NCBI GenBank assembly: GCA_027593235.1
Contig: JAQCIU010000007.1
Coordinates: 1 to 64,000, forward strand
Origin: Chloroflexota bacterium
GTDB taxonomy: Bacteria; Chloroflexota; Dehalococcoidia; UBA2979
Direction: 5' to 3'
DNA: 64,000 nt
Shown: piece by piece, positions 60,010-64,000 of the stretch
How the letters are laid out: every line of letters starts with the position of its first letter
Numbering within the stretch: the stretch's first letter is position 1
Notes under the pieces: generated by a model
Databases searched by the model: none
Seen by the model: the letters and a program-made list of their open reading frames with translations, nothing else
Told to the model about the DNA's origin: nothing
Program-made: the position numbers and the translations under genes

Positions 60010-61050
60010 ATGCTGCACGTCTACTACGGTGCCGATGACTTCCGCGCCAGCGAAGCGCTCACCGAACTGCGCGAGTCGCTGAACGGCGACGGGATGCTGA
60101 TCAGCAACACCTCGGTGCTCGCCGGGCGCGGACTGACGCCGGGACAACTCACCCAGCACGCGATGGCGGCGCCGTTCCTCGCGGAGTCTCGACTCGTGAT
60201 CGTGGAAGGCCTGCTGACCGCGCTGGGCTCGCGTCGCGGGGTCGCCGACGAGTGGCAGCCGTTCCTGGACGCGGCGGCGCAACTCCCGCCCTCGAATCAC
60301 GTGGCGCTGGTGGAGCCGGCGCTCAAACGCGGCGATCGCGAGGGCGTGAGCCGGTCGCCGGTACTGCGCGCCCTGAAGGCGGTCCCCGGCGCGGAGATCC
60401 GCGAGTTCGGGGAGCTCAAGACCTGGGATCGCAGCGGCCCGAGCGAGGTCGGTCGCTGGCTCTACGATCGCGCGAGCGCCCGCCAGATCGCGATCGAGGA
60501 CGCGGCGATCGACACGCTCGTCGATCTGATCGGCGCGAACCTCCGCGCGCTGGCGCAAGAACTGGACAAGCTCGCGGCCTACACGGCAGCGATCGATGCG
60601 CCCTCGATCACGGCGGCGCACGTCCGTCTGCTCACGCCGCAAGCGCGCGAAGAGAGCATGTTCGCCGTCGTCGACGCGATCGTCGAAGGCCGCGCGGAGC
60701 TGGCACTCCGGCTGCTCCGCAGCGTGCTCGACGACGGCAGCGTCGCACCGGCCCTGCTGCAAGTGATGATCGCGCGCCAGCTCCGGCACCTGATCCGCGC
60801 CACCGAACTCCTCGAACGCCACGCTCCCCAGAACGCGATCGCGGAGGCGACGGGCCTCCGCGGCTTCCCGCTCACGAAGCTGATGCGCCAGGCACGTGGC
60901 CTCAGCCGCGCCGCAGCGGAAGCCAACCTGCGTGACCTCGAGCACGCCGATCATTCGGTCAAGACCGGCCGGATGAGCGACGAGCTCGCCCTCGAACTCC
61001 TCGTCTGCAGCCTCGCCGAGCGCACCCCCCGAGCCTTCGGCTCTCGATGA
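60010..61050 (+). CDS. holA: DNA polymerase III subunit delta
   Basis: YYGADDF, PFLAESRLVIVEG, ELDKLAAY, FAVVDAI, DHSVKTG. Confidence 0.9.
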   Translation: MLHVYYGADDFRASEALTELRESLNGDGMLISNTSVLAGRGLTPGQLTQHAMAAPFLAESRLVIVEGLLTALGSRRGVADEWQPFLDAAAQLPPSNHVALVEPALKRGDREGVSRSPVLRALKAVPGAEIREFGELKTWDRSGPSEVGRWLYDRASARQIAIEDAAIDTLVDLIGANLRALAQELDKLAAYTAAIDAPSITAAHVRLLTPQAREESMFAVVDAIVEGRAELALRLLRSVLDDGSVAPALLQVMIARQLRHLIRATELLERHAPQNAIAEATGLRGFPLTKLMRQARGLSRAAAEANLRDLEHADHSVKTGRMSDELALELLVCSLAERTPRAFGSR

Positions 61051-61060
61051 CCCCCCGGGG

Positions 61061-61448
61061 CCTTCGGCCCTCAATGACGCTTCGCGGGGTGTCGGCCTTC
61101 CTCGGCGGTCACGCGACGCCCTAGCACCCCAATCGGAAGTCAGGTCCGAGCACCACCGCCGCGAGCCATCACCAAGGACCCGAGCAACGACCGGAACGGT
61201 CAAGAAGCCCCGAAGGGACCTTCGGCCCTCGATGACGCTTCGCGGGGTGTCGGCCTTCCTCGGCGGTCACGCGACGCCCTAGCACCTCGATCGGGACGCG
61301 GTCAGGACCGGGCCGGATCGGTCATCGCCGCGAACCCGCGCTGCCGCGCCGACGTGCCAACGAGGGACGCAGCGTCCAAGCACCGCCGCCACAAACCGAC
61401 ACCCGAGATTCAAGTAACGACCGGAACGGTCAAGAGCGCCCCGAAGGG
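61061..61448. repeat. tandem pair of composite intergenic repeat units
   Basis: 68-bp block at 61061-61128 and 61219-61286 (1 mismatch); ~32-bp block at 61186-61217 and 61416-61448. Confidence 0.88.
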
Positions 61449-61450
61449 GC

Positions 61451-62464
61451 CTAGCGGAGGGGGACGGCGATTGGGTTGTAGCAGGCGGCGAAGTGGCCGG
61501 GCTCGTCGCCAACGGGCGCGAGGGGTGGGGCCGGATCGATACGGCACTGCGAGATCGCTTTCGGGCAGCGGGGGAGAAACGGGCACTGTGGCGGGAGATC
61601 GGTGAGATCGGGCGGCTGACCGCGTAGCGGGCGCAGGCGCGCCTGATGTGGGCCGGGCAGGCTCTGCAGCAGACCGTGGCTGTAGGGGTGACGAGGAGCG
61701 CGAAAGATCGTGCGGACATCGGCGCGTTCCACGATCTCGCCGGCGTACATCACGTGGACTCGATCGGCCATCCGCGCCACCACGCCGAAGTCGTGGGTGA
61801 TCAGCAGCAGGCCGACGCCTGCCTCGTCGCGGAGCTGCTCGAGGATTGCCAGCGTCTCCATGCGGACACCGGGATCGAGGCTGGCGGTCGGTTCGTCGGC
61901 GATGATCACGCGCGGCTTGAGCGCAATCGCCAGTGTGATCATCACCCGCTGCGCCATACCGCCGGAGAGCTGGAACGGATACGAATCGAAGGCGCGCTCC
62001 GCATCGGGCAGGATCCGTTTGAGGGCCGCCAGCGCCTCGACTTCCGCCTCGTGCTTGGTGATGTCGCGATGGGCCTGGTACAGCTCGACGAGCTGTTCGC
62101 GTACGCGGAGCGTTGGGGTGAGCGCGCTCAAGGCGTCCTGGAAGATCATCGATATTTGTTCGCCGCGGATCTTGCGGAGCTCTTCGCCAGGGAGATCGAG
62201 CAACGATCGACCGCGGTACCGTAAGGCGGTGGCGGTCACGGTGGCGTTCGCCGGGAGCAGCCCGAGTACGGCGTGACCGACGGTGCTCTTGCCGGCGGCA
62301 GATTCGCCGACCAGCGCCAGCGTCTCCCCGGCGCGCACCTCGAGCGATACGTCCCGAACGGCGGCGATCGTGTCATCGTCCGCGCGGTAGCCGACGGAAA
62401 GGCCCTCGATCGAGAGCAGCGGCTCTTCGGACCAGCGCCCGTCCGGCCCCTTACCCGATGTCAC
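61451..62464 (-). CDS. oligopeptide/dipeptide ABC transporter ATP-binding protein (OppD/DppD type)
   Basis: GESAAGKS, QLSGGMAQR, ADEPT, PRHPYS, CPFLPRC. Confidence 0.92.
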   Translation of the reverse strand: MTSGKGPDGRWSEEPLLSIEGLSVGYRADDDTIAAVRDVSLEVRAGETLALVGESAAGKSTVGHAVLGLLPANATVTATALRYRGRSLLDLPGEELRKIRGEQISMIFQDALSALTPTLRVREQLVELYQAHRDITKHEAEVEALAALKRILPDAERAFDSYPFQLSGGMAQRVMITLAIALKPRVIIADEPTASLDPGVRMETLAILEQLRDEAGVGLLLITHDFGVVARMADRVHVMYAGEIVERADVRTIFRAPRHPYSHGLLQSLPGPHQARLRPLRGQPPDLTDLPPQCPFLPRCPKAISQCRIDPAPPLAPVGDEPGHFAACYNPIAVPLR

Positions 62465-62721
62465 GCCGCGCCACCCTCGCGTTCCATCGCGACAGCCTAC
62501 CCCCTTCGGGGGCTTTTTGACCCTTCGGGGTTGGGTGCGGGACGTTTGTGGGCTGGGCGAAGCGACGGGGCCGCTTCAGCCGCTGCTGTTGGGAGCCGGA
62601 TCTCGCGCGCGTCGCCTCGTCCCCGCGGTCCTCACGTCTGAACCCGGGGACAGCGGAAGAAACGAAACGCCCGCAGAAGGACGCCCGCACGCAGCGAAGC
62701 CCAGAAGGGGGTCGAAGACCC

Positions 62722-63375
62722 CTAGAGGGAGCGGATGGCGGTGACGACGCGGCCCTGGACCTCGATGTTGTCGGCGCCGGTGTAGATCGGGGCCATCGTC
62801 GAGTTCATTGGCTGGAGGCGGACGCGATCACCTTCGTGGAAGAACTTCTTGAGGGTGGTCTCATTCTCCGCCTTGAGCCAGACGGCGACCATCTCGCCGT
62901 CGTCGCAACTCTGGGTCGGCTCGAGAACCACGATGTCGCCATCGTTGATCAGCGCATCGATCATCGAGTTGCCCTCGACACGGAGCGCGAACACGTTGCT
63001 GCGGCCGCCGGTCTGCTCTTCGGTGAGTTCGATCGTCTCCATGGCGGTCTCCGCCGTGGCCGAATCCGGGGGCGTCGGGATCGGGATCCCGGCCGCGATC
63101 TTGCCGAGGAGCGGCACGGGGATCGTGCGGCGACGGCTGCCGTTGGTGCCACCGAGGAGTTCAATCGCTCGCGAGACCTCGCGGTCGCGGCGGATGAAGC
63201 CCTTCTCTTCGAGCCGTTTCAGGTTGTAGTCCACCACCGAGGTGGAGGAGATGTCACAGCCGGACTGGATGTCGCGAATGGACGGCGGATAGTCGTGATC
63301 TGAGATGAAGGCTTCGAGGAAGCGCAGGATCCCCTGCTGCTTGCTCGACAGTTCCTCGAATTGCGGATCAGCCAC
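62722..63375 (-). CDS. lexA: SOS repressor LexA
   Basis: YPPSIRDI, STSVVDYNL, IAAG cleavage site, GNSM, TLKK; GAGGAG SD before GTG 63375. Confidence 0.96.
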   Translation of the reverse strand: MADPQFEELSSKQQGILRFLEAFISDHDYPPSIRDIQSGCDISSTSVVDYNLKRLEEKGFIRRDREVSRAIELLGGTNGSRRRTIPVPLLGKIAAGIPIPTPPDSATAETAMETIELTEEQTGGRSNVFALRVEGNSMIDALINDGDIVVLEPTQSCDDGEMVAVWLKAENETTLKKFFHEGDRVRLQPMNSTMAPIYTGADNIEVQGRVVTAIRSL

Positions 63376-63505
63376 GGTTATCTCCTCTGCCCTCCGGCCG
63401 GCTCCACGCTGAGAGCACGACAACCGAGGAACGTTGCGCCCCACCGCGCGTGTCCCGGATCCGCCAATCGGTCCGCGGCCACTGACCACGGTAGCCGGCG
63501 GCTCC

Positions 63506-63537
63506 GGCACATATGTTCTGTTCCGAACAAACGTACC
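63506..63537. promoter_or_regulatory. two tandem SOS boxes (GAAC-N4-GTTC type) upstream of lexA
   Basis: AGAACATATGTGCC (minus, 63506-63519) and CGAACAAACGTACC (63524-63537), one mismatch each. Confidence 0.75.
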
Positions 63538-63707
63538 GCCCGTCCCGAAACACGTCAACAACGCCAGCGGTAGCCGCGCGCCGCGGCCCGCGCGGTAGGA
63601 TCCGCTCGCTGCGCGGCCGCACCCGACCGACCGCGACCGACGGGGCGCGATACGGAACAGCGGCGGACCGCGCCACGAGCGAACATGGGACAAGGCGAGG
63701 AGCACGG

Positions 63708-64000
63708 ATGGCGGCCGGACTCGAGGATCTGTTTGGGCGCGAGGCTCCCGGTGAGCCAGACGAGGCGGCCGGCGAGCTGCGCCGCGCACTCGTGGTTGCC
63801 GCGCACCCGGACGACGCCGACTTCGGCGCGGCCGGCACCGCCCACCTGCTGGCGCAGGCCGGCTGGGAGGTGCGCTACGTCGTCGCGACCGACGGCTCGA
63901 AAGGGTCGGACGATCCGGCGCTGACGCCCGATCAGCTCGTGACGATGCGCGCCCAGGAGCAACGCGATGCGGCGGTGCTGCTCGGCGTGCAGAGCGTCGG
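63708..64000 (+). CDS. PIG-L family deacetylase (partial, runs off the window)
   Basis: LVVAAHPDDADFG, TDGSKGS, RAQEQRDAA; GAGGAG SD. Confidence 0.88.
   Translation, partial: MAAGLEDLFGREAPGEPDEAAGELRRALVVAAHPDDADFGAAGTAHLLAQAGWEVRYVVATDGSKGSDDPALTPDQLVTMRAQEQRDAAVLLGVQSV

Noticed and set aside
61130-61160. GTCAGGTCCG as SRP RNA
   Set aside because: Lacks the following GAAGGAAGCAGC core

Overview
High-GC chromosomal segment, inferred to come from a Chloroflexota/Dehalococcoidia-type bacterium (F420 genes fno/cofE, Gram-positive-type SOS boxes at lexA, csrA-fliW, cobT-cobS-cobU, membrane-anchored LuxR protein). About 65 CDS. The backbone is a dispersed branched-chain amino acid cluster (ilvE, ilvB, ilvN, leuA, leuC, leuD, leuB, cimA) interrupted by accessory genes, plus SDR/MBL/Nudix paralogues, a two-component system, ABC transporters, holA and lexA. 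I found no rRNA, tRNA, CRISPR array, transposase or integrase. The main signals absent from the ORF track are: (1) two c-di-AMP (ydaO/yuaA) riboswitches on the minus strand, one whose pseudoknot would sequester the SD of an MFS transporter and one upstream of an unknown Cys4 zinc-ribbon protein followed by a frameshifted fliW and csrA; (2) candidate Leu/Ile/Val leader peptides before ilvB, leuA and cimA; (3) a MIRU-like 36-bp tandem repeat forming a translationally coupled micro-ORF between ilvB and ilvN; (4) a variable junction at 6.5-9.3 kb where the 3' ends of both flanking genes are duplicated around cargo (orphan Imm26-like gene, MerR::gcvT-tail chimera). All calls come from motif recognition by eye; no searches were run.
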